Source: Phoronis australis (taxonomy: Eukaryota; Animalia; Phoronida). From it: 64,000 bases of DNA. Location: the NCBI GenBank assembly GCA_002633005.1, contig NMRA01000325.1, positions 38,132 to 102,131 of the forward strand, given 5' to 3'. Made by a program: the position numbers and the translations under genes. This document shows, one piece after another, positions 10,849 through 34,573 of this stretch. Within the stretch, counting starts at the first letter, position 1. Each line of letters begins with the position of its first letter. The notes under the pieces are model-generated. The model saw only the letters and a program-made list of their open reading frames with translations. It did not search any database and had not been told where the DNA came from.

Positions 10849-13800
10849 AGGTGCTATTGACGTAGTCATGCCGTCGTTGACATGATTGGGTAGATGTATG
10901 TCCAGTCCAGTTTACTGAGAACAAATAGCTGATTTGGTGAGGTGACTAAAGCAATAAATCTTTTCCGAAACCTTTATGAATGTCGTAAACACTTACACTG
11001 GCTCTAGACGGTCACATTTTTAGTAAATAGCTCTTATAAATTGTCAAGAATACAACTAAGTGCAAAACGCACCTGTATTAAATGTAAAACCTGCGTCATC
11101 AATATAAATACTACACGCTATTACATTTGAGTTCATAGGACCATTTCCGCACTGATCATTACACGATGCTGACTTTATGCTTTAGCGAATATACTGGTTC
11201 CTTGACATTGCATTGTGAAGCAGGTATCTGAAAGGTCCGCATAAATCTCGAAACGTAACCGCCATTTCTGAGATATGAAGGAAGAAGATTATAAAATGGC
11301 CATTGATAAGCACAAAACTATATGAGCGTGAAATTACCAGCGTACAACTTCTTCAGAGCTCACGTGACCTACACTGCCAAACCAATTTCTCATTGGATAT
11401 AACGATTAAACTTGTAAAACAGGAGTGACTAACTCTCGGTCGTACATGTAAGGCGGGCAAAAGGTACATTTACCCGAACGGCCGCGCACGATGGTTTATT
11501 GGTCAATGTGATAAGTAGTATCAGGAAGAGTGGTTATCTCTTCCTGGTAGTATGCATAAGAGTACGCGAGGAACCGTAAAGATTTACAGCACATTCGGAA
11601 GGTAGAGGCAAGCGATATGAGTAACAACGAAAAAGAGTCTTAGTTATGGGAACCAGCTTTGGATGAAACCACTGAAAACATTCCACTAAGAAGCAAAGCG
11701 GTAATTGAATCCGCCCACTTGTTGTGACATTAACGTGAAATTCTCTTGGGAGATACAGTCGCAGTTACAAACTGAATGCCGCTAGAACGCACCACAGTAG
11801 CGCAGCCCGTCCGAAAATGAACTCCACTCACGACATGCATGCACTTGTTAGTGGGAACACGGCATCTGCCAATTCTCCATTATAATCTGAGCGATTTGGA
11901 ATACAGATGCTTAGACTGGCGACAAAATGTAGACTCGAAAATAAACAAAACGGACACTATATTGGTGGCGTCAAACCGTCCAAAAATGGAAAGGGTCCGT
12001 CGTCTCCATAATAAAAAACATACTTGCCAAACTTCATAAAAATATGTTAAGGAATAATGAAGATACAGAGGCAAATGACAATGTATAAAGTAAACTAAAC
12101 GCCTGCCAATTTTCATAGTAGTAATCCCTCGAGTATTAGCAAAAAATGAGGATGACGATAAAAACGGGCTCCAAAATAACAAAAATGACCGCAAGGTGGT
12201 GCGAAATGTCAAATCTTTCCATTGTGTACTTCATCGAAACTATTTGTCACATTTCATGCACGTCTATGAACTGTGAAGATAAAGAGACAAACACTGAAAT
12301 TGCTACTTAAGGAAGCACAGTGGGGTAGTTGAATCGGTCCAAAACTCATCATCTGTCGTCAACTTCATAGAAACCCCAGACCACCAGAAACACATTTGGC
12401 AAATCTCCCTATAAAGGAGTAGAGGTACAGCAGCGGACGCCAGACCCCCAGAAGGATCACCGCATATCGTAGTAATTTCAAAAGCCGTCTTGCCATGCAG
12501 GCAGCGACGTATATTCTTTTAGTCACCACTACTACAGAAGCATGAACAAACTACTGTTTGACATCACATCCCATGCAATAGATTTCAGTAGGTGCTTCCA
12601 TCATAGATGGAGAGCTGGCTGCTCACGAGAAACACGATTAAGCGCAGCAAGGAAACAAAAATACTAAGAATAATTGCAGTATACGGCAAACGCTAATCAA
12701 CGTTAAAATCGATATTCTTTACATTCTGCTCACAAACCTTGGGGGACGCTGACGTCACGTGCAAACTTTGTGAGGACTCTCACTATTTTGGAAGCATTTT
12801 AAAACAGTTTTGAATTTCTCATTTTTTAAAATAACTGCAAGCCATTTCTTGAAAAAGTTATTTGTTTATCATAAATATTTGAGAACCTTTTACAAGCACG
12901 CCAACATTAATAATGGATGTCAACAGCACACTTGACACTGGACTAGTGATTAAGTCAGCCGTGCAGTAAATTATGTCTTCAACAATAAGCAATAAATTTT
13001 ACTTTGTAAACCAATACAAACACTGCTAAGCCAGAAGATCATTTCTTGGTACACGTTAAAACACTAGACATCTTCGCATAACTCTCTGATCAGGTATGTG
13101 CACAACTAAATCATTTCCTAATTTTGACTGGGTGGAACACTTTTGAAACAATTCAGCCAACATGGTTTTGTTCAGCTCGACACTACAACCATATTTGTGT
13201 GCACTCCTGGTCCATAAAACAAAACACCAACTTGAAGCATTTATAAAAACTTAGCAAAATTAAACACTGATAAAACTTAACTTCAAAGTTGATGTGTGGT
13301 TCCTAGCTCTCATTAAATCTGTTAATTTACACAATGGTTGCCTGCAACAATACATGGTTTACAATATTCTGCATTCAGTATAACCAGTGCATAAAATAAT
13401 TATGTAAATGAGTGGGATTAACCTTGGAACACAACTCATTCAAATTGCAGATTCAGTTTCACAAACAACGCGACACCCATATTCATGTGTATGGTGTCTG
13501 CATTACATGCCCATTGCTTGTAATTTTCAGGGCAAGATTACCAATACACACCCGTGATTCACCACATGCACAGCCCCAAAAAGCCAGAAAATATCGTCAG
13601 GCTGTGCTCAGCTTCTCTGGGCAGAGTGACTGGTGTCTGTTATGATGAATATGTTATATGTAGTGGACAGGTGCTCAAAACAACAAGTGTGGGTATGGTT
13701 TGCATTATTTTTCTCCATGAATGCAAGAAAACATCTTGAAAATTACCTCCGATATTATATTAAAAGTTTCCTTGTTTCAATTTAAAAGTTAGGATATGTG

Positions 13801-14398
13801 AACAGTTTTGTAATAGGCCAGTCATGAAAATTACAGAGCTGTGACATTAAGTAGGCACAAAATGCCATTCTACGCGAATTTTCCACCAGGCACTGTAGAG
13901 ATAAGGCAATACATTTCTGGACATAAATTTCAAAACTTATGGCTCATGAGGTTGCAAGCATTTCATATTCACTCAGTAATGTGAAATCCGTAGTAACACT
14001 AGTTAAGTAGCTTCTTGTCTCCCAATCTAAACTGAAAACTGAAAATTTTACTATTGCATTATGACACACATACTTGGGAATGAAGTTCAACGTTTTCCTG
14101 ACAAAATGTTGTTGAAAAATATCTGTGTGCGTGTGTGTGTGTGTGTGTGTGCGTATTAGGGCCCAATGCGCCTATACCAGAAATAATGCATATTGCTCTT
14201 CAGTCAGTTTTTTAAAGTGTAACACTGTAGGCACATAGCAGAACTCGGACACAACACAGGCACAGCTTCACTTACAGGTGCCTGAAGCAAAACACTCATA
14301 TAAAGTAGGCACAGCTGACAACTGTCCAGCACTCTACAATAACTACATGTCATTTAACTACACAAACACACATCCATCAGATGCTTATCATGCTGCTT

Positions 14399-14595
14399 CA
14401 CATGATATTCACTGCAGCCACTGTGTTAGTCACATGATATTCACTGCAGCCACTGTGTTAGTCACATGATATTCACTGCAGCCACTGTGTTAGTCACATG
14501 ATATCCACTGCAGCCACTTTGTTAGTCACATGATATTCCCTGCAGCCACTGACTTAGTCACATGATATTTACTGCCGCCACTGTGTTGGTCACAT
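14399..14595. repeat. Minisatellite, 32-bp unit, about 6 copies
   Basis: cacatgatattcactgcagccactgtgttagt repeated, with divergence increasing to the right. Confidence 0.9.
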
Positions 14596-14769
14596 TTGTC
14601 ACAATAAATGTTATTGCTGATGCTAAGAAATGACAATCTCTAGTTATCTCCTAACACACCTAAAACAACTCAGAAGTATCTCATTCAATAACAGGAATAC
14701 AATACATCAGTTTTTGGCCATAGTAGGATCAAAAAATGGACAATTGCGGCACAAATAAAAAAGTTTATG

Positions 14770-15188
14770 TTGATTTGACTTTCATCTATTCATTAGACAT
14801 CATCAGGTTATAAACAACAAGACATCAAGTGTCGACATTCCAGTAGGTTAACATCCATGTAGTGAAATGAGTGTAACAAGAAATACAGGGAATAGTACAT
14901 AGGTCAACACCATAGCTGTAGGGTAACTGAGCTCTGCATGTTATTCAGAGAACCAGCAGCATGCTGGTCCTGAATGGCCAATGACTCTTTAATGCACAGT
15001 AGTTCCTTTCTAGGTTCTTTACAGATAATACTGACTGAATTAGCTTGGTGATTGTTGCTAACACAATGCCTATAGACGTTGCTTTTGTCTGAGGTGTGAT
15101 GTTCTGTCAGTCTGTCACATAGGGCGTCTCTGCATGAGTCCCATATAGACTTCCTTACAGTTATCACATTCAACCTAATAAACAACAT
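14770..15188 (-). mobile_element. Penelope-like retroelement 3' remnant (GIY-YIG endonuclease C-terminus plus degenerate hammerhead)
   Basis: ORF 14904..15188 has RDALCDRLTEH..SNVYRH..IKESLAIQ..SLN (GIY-YIG R..EH / E..I..LN pattern); about 100 nt downstream CTGATGA-TGTCTA-atgaa-TAGAT-GAAA-GTC at 14806-14777. Confidence 0.7.
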
Positions 15189-15638
15189 TGCTATTGTTTA
15201 ACAAAGGAATAGGAGACATAAGTTTACACAGCACATTGGAAAGTTTAGAAAGAGGTTTGAAAACAACTATCAGCTCAACGGCTGGGTCTATGCAATGTAC
15301 AAGACGAGATAATTGACATTTCAATTTCAAACTACTTGGCCCAGTGTAACCAAGAGAAAAGAAAACTTTCTTTTTCTAGGGTCCAATAACAGCTACGTTA
15401 TCCGCCTCATTCATTTTTGAAAGGAAGTGCATTTTACAGCTATTCAAAAAATTCAGAGGGTAACCATTGGTATGCAATAACCGGAAAATCTTAGCTATGT
15501 CACTATCAAAATTTAAATGGGTAGAACAAATTCTCCAGGCATAGTGACTGTTGAATGAGATTATGACAGCACCCTCTCATAGCTAATACCCAATACATAA
15601 CTGTACAAAGTGCGGTGGTGTTCCTAATTCATGAAATC

Positions 15639-25633
<9,995 letters not shown>

Positions 25634-28540
25634 GTTAACAGAGAGAGCTTGAAGAAAATCTGAAAATTGATTGGTTGGTCTAGAGTTAGCGCGACACCTT
25701 GCATGCTATTACCGTACTACTGTGACTCTCTTGACTGAGCAGTTGTGGCCACGCGGCCCCGCATGTGCCTAATTGCGGGATCGAGCCTAATTGCGTTACG
25801 TAGGTGTATTCGCCTATGTGCGCTACATTTGAGTAGGCTAGAAGAACTTTCCTTGATAATGGAGCTCCGGATATAGGGGCACCTTCAACGTGTTTTTTAA
25901 AAAAACGTGACCCCCATTTTGCGGCTAGACGGGGAGTAGTGTAAATTCTTTAATATGACATACTGCCGAAGAACCTGTATTGCTTGTTCGTCTTGGTAGG
26001 AAAATAATTAGTCTAAGGATTAGACGTGAAAGCCAATGCCACGGTAGTAGACAGTCAGGTTTACAATCACGACTCGACTGCAGTTAAAACGTTAGCAGTA
26101 CCGCTGGAGAGTGCCGAGCTAGGACTGAGATGAACAAAGTGTTGTTTTAAGCCATTCTTGAAAATAAAGTTTGTAACGAGTTGTAAACTGTGTATTTTTA
26201 GAATTTAACTGTTCCTATACTCACTCAGAGCGCCACTAACGCCACATGCCGTGTGAAATGAAAAAGACGGCATTTAATTGCGGGTGTTTTAAAATCATGC
26301 AAGGTGCGCTGATCGGAGCCCGCCTTTTAGACGCTTGCGCATATAAGCAGGACGTTTGAGCAAGCACTTGTACAACACTCCTTGATTTGAGTAAAAGTTC
26401 TTGCAAAAAAACGCCTGATCGGCATATAGGCCTAGGGCCGGGGGCATCAGTGCGCCTCCAGGGCTATACGTAGGTATGCCTCGCACGGCTTGACTTACCT
26501 AGGTTCCCATGGTTCACACTCTGGCGTCACTGGTATTGTGCGAGTCTGTGGATGTCTTAAGACGTTTGGCCGATTCTTAAACGCCATGACTGACAACAGT
26601 TAAACACTCACGCTCAGTATATATGAAGTTGCTGGAATTTTTTTCTTTTTTGAAATTGGCTTTATCTTTGATACTCAGACTCGTTGTCAGTTCGTAACAA
26701 CAGCTAGTCTCCATTGCTTCAGACCAGGCTGGTTATATTGCTCAGTGTCATGCACGTTAGCGAGGGCAGTTATGCAGGCCATCGAGGCGGAAAGTTCCGG
26801 GTGATTGTAACGGACATGCAATTTCGAATTCCCTGAAACAAGTAACGTGAAAAACCGGGACTTCGAGATTTGGGACTGCATTGACAGTATATAGGCCTAC
26901 TGCCGGGATGGGTTATGCCGGGTGGTGTGAGTGAATGACTGCCGGGATGGGTTGCTATATTTTATTAAGACATTCATTAACAGAAATAAAGACATGAATA
27001 AAAGTTTACATGAAACATAACTGAAAGAAGCAATGAACCCAACTTGATTTCGTATGCTGAATATGGCGAAGTTACCCCTCCCCCCCCAGGACGACGCGTC
27101 CTTCAATAGCCTCGAAAAGATCAATCTTCTTCTCGAGAAGTTCAAACGTTACACAACCGAGGTTTTTATATAGTGCTCTTTGTTGTACACGTTCGTATCG
27201 AGCTCCACGGTGTTCCGGTGTATTTCACGCAACTTTAATGGGATCCTAGAAAATGGCCAAGTTTGGGCAACCACGAAACAACAGGCTGATCAGATTCATG
27301 AATATATGCATATAACACGCTGCTAGGAGTTGTTTTTAAAAGGCTTCACTTTTACACGATGGGCTATCAAAAGTAGGACATTTATGACTTTCATGAAAAA
27401 GTTGTAGTCTGCTAAAATGCGAAATCGAGATCATCAGAATTTTTTAAATTAGAGAAATGTAACACAGGTTTTTGAGATCTTGAACTTTTATATCAGCCAA
27501 ATGAAATTTAATCAGTTACTAGCACCACTGTTTTGCTATCGAAGTACATTTCTTTTTTTTGCCTAAATTCTTTACCAAAAATTCATGGACACGTGACGTT
27601 GTAAACAACGCAGAGTTAAAATAGCCAAAGATCAAGTTCCCATTTTCAGAAAATGTACACTTTCTCAGAGTTAAAATCTATGGCTTTGTATATATTTGAC
27701 TAAATACACTGACATGTCGATAAGGTCCTGCATAACATAACCTTGTAAGAATGGGCAACTCATAATCGAGACGAGTGCGTAAATACTGTAACGCCATGGA
27801 TGAAGAAACAACATCCGGGTACAGGAACACTGCCTACTACCAATTTGTGGTGGTCGTTCATCACATTCACGCGGTTCATCTTCACTAGGCAACTGAAATC
27901 TTCAACGAAGGTGCTGAAGACTATACGGTGTGTCTCAAAAAGTACATCGGGGTTGGATTATTGTCATCATTTTCCTTTGATTTCCGACGTGATCCTAGCA
28001 TAATGTATGTTTGGACTCGGTTTCCTTGATATATCCAGCTTATCTATCAATACTTCTGACAATCTCATCGTTTGGCAAGTGATCGTGTGTAGGTTCAATA
28101 AAAGCTAAATAAAGCAAAAAAATATGCCTTTATTCTAAAAGATTTCCATATAAAGCGATTTTGCTTCATTTATTTTTCAGCTGCCAAAGATGAATTAGTT
28201 AGGCTGAAATGTTAGAAGGGTGGTTACAGTTTATCAGCATAGTCGGAAACAATTTTTGTTAAAAAATAGAAGCGCGTGGTTCAAGGTATGTTTATCTTAC
28301 TTTTAACAAAGACAAGCTAGGGACAACAATGCGGGGGTTCACTTTACTGTAGCTTATTCTTAAGGTTCGAGAGTTCGAGACGGACGTTTTTGTCGTCCGA
28401 AAGCCCGATAGTTCGAAAAAAATGACTTGAACTCTGACTTTTGTTCGTTATTCCGAAGCTTTGACTTACTAACAAATTTCCTGTCTTACCGGCGGACTAA
28501 TTATAGAGGGTACAGAACGAAATTTTAAGACACGTTTATA

Positions 28541-28684
28541 CATGGGCGGCGCACCATGAGGGGCTGGGGGGCTATAGCCCCACTTTTTTCAGTGCTGCGC
28601 CGCCCATGGTCTATAGGCAGTGCACCACAGGGAGCTGGGATGCTTTAGCCCGCCCTCACTTTTTTCAGTGCTGCGCCGCCCATG
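28541..28684. mobile_element. hAT-like MITE family B, internally dimeric, 5-bp TSD
   Basis: CATGGGCGGCGCA / TGCGCCGCCCATG termini, TTATA on both flanks, two tandem subunits joined by GTCTATAG. Confidence 0.8.
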
Positions 28685-30121
28685 TTATATGCCACGTTAT
28701 GGTATCAAAAACCGTTTTCTTCACATACATATTTGGTCTTCTAAAGGAACGTCATCGGGTTCTTATTCTTCCATTTCTTTACTTGAATTGAAATTGATTA
28801 CAATGAAACGCATGAAGTTCCCCTGACGACCACACTTACGTTGCTGAAACTCAGCCTCCGTGACAATTGAAGAATGTGTAATAAAATCACGAAAATACGA
28901 TTTTGTTGTTTTCTAGCTTTTGTTCAAAGTAAGTCATAGTCTATCCCATCTAACAACAATATTCAAAATGCATTTTGGCCGTAAACAGGATAACACCCCT
29001 TTACAGTTCCATACGTACCCATGTTTCAGAAACCGTTCACCTACACTCCGTAAATTAGCCATTTTGCGACTCCCGTTTTTACAATACCTTCTTTTCTTGA
29101 GACAGTAGTTTTCCGTCGTAGGTTAAAAGACAATGAGATACAAGTAGAAATATCAAGAATTCCCATTGAATCCACAAACATATTGAATAAGTAAATTGTC
29201 TATTCAATTTCTTAGAACTGAATAAGGGGCTTACTAAACGGTAAACATATATTTTTGAGTAGTTTATGTTCTAGGCTCATTGAAAGTAAGTCAATAATCA
29301 TTTGGTACACATTGCAGGCAGATAAGCTCTCAAAACACCAATGACCTAATTTGGCTAATTGCAGAGCTTTAATGGTCGTGCCATTAGTCTGGAAAGATCT
29401 TGAGAGGTCACAAGACTGGTCACAAGATGGCACCACTCTGGTACGACCAATGGTTTATGCACGACTCAAAACCGAAGGTACAACCTAAATGCGACCGAGT
29501 TCGGTTTCTTCCATTTATTGGCAAACAATTCATAAGTGGTTTATGAAGGCAGGATTTGAAATTGAACGTGAAAAACGATCATGTTTACGTCAGTAGTGAT
29601 GTTGTTAAGCACAATACAGTGGCTTTGGCCAAAACGTGCCTACGACTCATTTATGTGTTAGCTACGACCGGATTTATGTGTTTCAATGAGACGGACTTTT
29701 GAGCTCTGTTTCATCATGAAAAGTGACTTAAGTGGTCTTACGCTCCCACTTCAAAAGTTCTGAATAATGGTTTAGCCAAGTAATTATGAGCGCATTACAA
29801 TCCAGAAATACATTAAAAAATATCCTCGCAATTTTGTGTATATTCTCAGAAACTTTGCTCGTTTTTGTTCAAGTGAGATTTAATTGTTTTTACAGAAATT
29901 GTGTGGAGCGTGAGACCGAATTTCTGTCTCAAGTCTTAAGTCTTATTCATGAGATAGATCCCTGTTTCTCCTTCAGATACCTTTGAATCGAATCTTGCTA
30001 TAATTAGCACTGATGCAAATGTGCCCGTTGTGTAACATACCATCGAATTACAATAATAAGTTGTAAACAACATGTTATATTTACAACGTAAATAGTTCAA
30101 GAAACACGCATATGCCACGGT

Positions 30122-33100
30122 TTATTTCAAGCGCTTGGCAAGTCCGTCAATGGCATCGGCTTCAAAGCGATAGAGTAACCAACCCTCCTTTTCTGACATG
30201 TCAGTAGCTCCAAGTTTCTTATACAAGTCACAGGCACTTTTGTTCCAGTTGAGAACAACAAATTGTATTCGGGAACAGCCACAATCCTTGGCTTCCTGAA
30301 AAGCACGCATCATGCAGATAACAAATGTTGTTGTAGCACTGTACATGCTTTGGATGTACTGACATAAGTAATGATAGGTATGATGATTCCCAAGTAGGCC
30401 TACTGTCAAACTTTTCACTGGAATGTGCACAACTGTCCTCTTTCTTAGATCAGATTGCTTTCATGTCCAGAAAGAGTTGGTAGCTTATAATTTCTGTGAA
30501 CTGAAAGGTATATAGCACAGGAACTAATACAGTCACTAACAATGACGCTCCTGAAGATCGACAGTGTACAACACCTCACTAATGCACTACAATTGTTAAC
30601 AACTCAAGTCGGGTTGAGCTACGAGTTGGCAATAGACTAAAATTACCTCGTAATAAATTTGTCTTGGTCAGTGGTTGTCAAAATCTGGTTTCCTATGATC
30701 ACAAAGACCGTTGCCAAATTCCCTGTCCGTTCTTGATCATAGTATTACCATTTGCAACTAATTTCCAAAAATTGTGTATTCATTTTCTGTTGACTCACAG
30801 AAGTGCGTGCATACTGTCCAATATGGCTGTCCCGGATTACACGGCGATAGAGCTCTCCTTTCCCCGGGTATGCGCGGGACCTCGCCTTGTTGGCATTGGA
30901 AGGACCGTATAAAGTAATGCAACCGAGAAAAACTTGTAAAGAGTCTGACAATAACAACAAATGATGGCGCGAAAACGAGGTAGCACATGCGCCTGACGGA
31001 TGTTTACGGCACTGTGGTTAAATACAGCGAGATTCGAGTGTTACCGTGTAATCCGGGACGGCCCTATTGCCTATTGTCCACAGTAATACTATCGGTTACG
31101 TGTAGTGATACTTCGTCCCGGTTCTACGGGAGGATTTGATACATTTACCACATTATTGTGAGCCCTGTTGGGATTTGACCAGCATTAACTTTGATAATGT
31201 TTTCTAGTCAACCATGCACTTTCACAACGTTTACAAATTTACCTTAGCTACGTTAGCAAGCAGAGATGTTCCAATTCCCAGTTTCCGATACTTTTCTCGT
31301 ACACCGAAATCCTCCAGAAAGAGGTTCTTCCCGGTCCAAGCAGAATATGAGAAAAAGTACATGGCATATCCAACCAGTTGAGAACCTACAAAGGCGTTCA
31401 AAAGAAGCAATAACAAATGTTTAATATGTTATCAGGCTTAAATTTGACATTATATATTGTAATGCTTCAAAAGGCGTTTCCTTATGAAAAGGCCAGCTAT
31501 TTTTCAAGCAAGCTTGCTTTAGGAAATGTTGATACCAAATACATGTACAACAAGCGTTCGTGTATAATTCGTCGGAAAATTCAAGTTTTTGATTTGAAGG
31601 GCACAAGTGAGCTCAGTACAGATACCTTTACTCATGATTCACTCACCATTTTCTCCGGTTACCTCTGCTACAAAAGAGCTGTAGAATTTGTGAGCTCCGA
31701 AACCATCCCGTTTGAGCCCTAAAATATTGTCAGAATGAGCTTAAGTGTACAGGAAAACAGCCACATGGGAGGATACTCGGAAAGCAACTTTTCAAAAAGG
31801 TCAAACTAAATAGAGAATACTCCCGAGCGTATTTTTGGAAACTGTCAAACATTCTATGATCCGCACAACGACGTAAAGGATCAATTTAAAGACCCTAGTG
31901 ATCGTGACAGTTTGATGGAAGTGAAAGAGAAGAATATTAACCATTAAAGTATGCAAGGGACATTTTTGTAAAGTTTTGTGATTTTTTGAAACAAACAATT
32001 GTTGTTTTAATTTATGAAGATGTATTTCAATGGTAAGAATTTTATTCCTTCATACTTATTTCGCATTCAGCAAACACAGTGCCTTAAAGGAGCAAGCCAC
32101 CCAAAAATAACCTATTTTGTATCAATTTAGATCGAATACATCTATTCGATAAAGGCACGTACGGTTGCGTTACCTGTCACCTGGCAGCAGACTGAGGTGT
32201 TGAAATTATCCAATGACTTCATTGGTTTCAAACGCAGTCTGTTCAGCAGTTCACAACACGGGTTACTGGTGTCAGCTTATCGCTTGAATTCATCGTTTAA
32301 CACCAATTTATCACCAAACTTCGATGTAAAACCCTTAAAAATACACCGAGTTTTTATTAAAACGTGTTGTTTTATTTCGCTGTTACGGATTTATTGGTAT
32401 TTGGACACACCGTAGCCTACAGAGTTCGGCTGGCCAATAGCAGGAGTTTGGGGTCTGTTCGGAGATAAATTCGAAGTATACTTCCGTGAAATACAGACAG
32501 GAGAGCCCAGATTTGTGTTGTTTAAACTTGTGATTTTTTGAGTTCTAAACACACAAAACGCTTGTTATCCCGGCCAGTAGCTCGGAACCCGATCAGGCCC
32601 GTCGCGGCCGGACTGACTCGTTGTCCCGGCCATTGGCTCGGAACCCGATTAGGCCTAGGCCGTCGCGGCCGAAGTGAACACATCACGTACAAAAACCAGC
32701 CAAACTTTGAAAATTAACTGACAGTCAAGAAAATACTATACTAGTGAGCCAAAGAAGTAATGTGCACTTGATTATGTCAGTGAATTAGCCACGAAACTGC
32801 AAATCTACTTACTCGTCAGGGGCCGCGAATTCAGGTTCCCCTTTGGCCACAGAACCGTCAGGGCAGAAGCTGTACATTGACAATCATTATTTGAATAATG
32901 TAAATGTAAATAAAGATTCTTCTAACACCTGGCCGTGGGATAAAATATCGAGTTATTGTTTCACAACAGTTTCTGTCAGCAAACACTGAATTAAGATGCG
33001 CTCACACGGCCTCGATGCCCGGTCAAATACCTTTATTGCATCTGAAGCCGGTAATGGAGCGGTTTACTCATTGCTGGCTTCTTAAAATATTTGCACTCAC

Positions 33101-34573
33101 GAATACTCTAAAGGCATTATAAATTGTATCTAGAATCCCGACTTCTAGACAAGAATCCATCCGACGAAGACTTCACAGGGGGATCGTTAAGTTTCACAGG
33201 TTATCCGTTTGAACCGGAGCACAGTGATCAAGAAATACTAGAGAGGCGCCGTGAACATGCACACACAACGGAACGTATGGATAGTTCTTTGGTAAGCCGG
33301 CATTCGTCAGACTCACTGTCGACGACTGCAGGCCACAGACACGGAGATGTTTCACGGCCTCATACTTTCTATTAACAGCGTACTTTTCATTCTTCATTAC
33401 CGCGAGCCACCTCTTAAGCATTTCGGACTCTCGAGGAAGTCGAAAAAAACGATGTACCCGCTTTCCTCGCAGCTGCATAGTTCGGACAAGCGGGAACAAT
33501 GCACTGCAACATAGCGGCATTAACTTTGCAAATGAACCAATGACGTCGCTGCGTCGTTTCTCACTTTACTCACAGGTTAACGCGACACCTCTCGGCAAGG
33601 TAAGGTTGACGGTATGAGAGGCGATGTAGATATAGACCGATTAAGACAGTAAAAAAGATTAATTAAATCGGGTGGCAATCTCCTTTAAAACTGGCTCTCG
33701 CACTGTACTAATACGGTTGAGTACCTACAAGGTCACCCAATATCTTCTTATTATAGTCAAAGTGAAATTGCTATACAAAAACATGATGTTTTGCCGCGCC
33801 TTTTTCGTAAGTTGGCGATGGAGAGAACATATTGGGCATGATTTGACGTTCGAGTGTGGCTAATTTTATCGTTCTGTTGGCGTACTGTAGGTACTTATGC
33901 TTTCTGAGTGCACATCCAGTCTTGCCACTTACATTTCGAATTAATACGTACAATAGGACAGTCTTAAAGTTGAATAGACGGTCAATTCAAATATTTAGTT
34001 TTAAAGTGGCTATCAACCCACGTTTCATCAGAGAAAATAACTTTTGATTTTAACTTACTCCTCACATGAGAGAAGACTGAAGTGGTTTCAGGGATTGGAA
34101 AGTACTGACAGTTCGTTATCATTTGCGGCCATACTCGACACTAATTAAAGGGACCCAACATAACAATACAATTTTAAATGCTTGTCTCAGGCAATAAAAC
34201 GATCTATCAGTTGTTTCCAAACCCCAAACGCATCGTAAATTTGTTTGAGGAGAAACTTGAGATCAATTTCATAGTGGTGAGCAGTCAAGTCAAAATACAT
34301 TTTTGTGACAGTAAGCGGGTTTGTAGACGTCTTAAATCTACTTTTCAAGTTTTCTCGAAGCGTGACATGCGTCCTTTCGAGTTTCGAGAACTGACAGAGA
34401 TTACACCCTGGGCCCAACTTGCTGTATACTGATGGAAGTTTACGTAACTCGTCTCTAGTCATAAATGGTAGAGAGTGAGAGACGGGGAATGGACTACAGT
34501 AATTGAGAAAGTTGACTTTACCTTCAACGGTCTGTTGTACTTGTTCTTCGCTATTTTCGTATTTAGCAGCTTC
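30122..34573 (-). CDS. SAT2: Diamine/thialysine N-acetyltransferase (SAT1/SAT2 family GNAT), 5'-partial; exons 34573-34522, 31718-31647, 31385-31243, 30295-30122
   Basis: EAAKYENSEEQV..GLKRDGFGAHKFYSSFVAEV..VGYAMYFFSYSAWTGKNLFLEDFGVREKYRKLGIGTSLL..GCSRIQFVVLNWNKSACDLYKKLGATDMSEKEGWLLYRF; canonical GT-AG, phases 1/1/0 consistent. First coding exon not located; SAT1 vs SAT2 orthology not resolvable by eye. Confidence 0.9.
30819..31069. mobile_element. MITE with about 26-bp TIRs in last SAT intron
   Basis: CAATATGGCTGTCCCGGATTACACGG ... CCGTGTAATCCGGGACGGCCCTATTG. Confidence 0.8.
32088..33684. mobile_element. Internally deleted Kolobok-type DNA transposon (THAP and KolX N-terminal remnants)
   Basis: TTAA on both flanks; TIRs AGGAGCAAGCCACCC / GGGTGGCAATCTCCT; minus ORF from 33520 has THAP-like MPLCCS..FFRLPRE..LKRWL..HLRVC; plus ORF has GYPFEPEHSDQEI motif. 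Confidence 0.75.

Noticed and set aside
28365-28410. GGACG..CGTCC-GAAA hairpin resembling a hammerhead stem II
   Set aside because: No CUGANGA box 5' of the stem.
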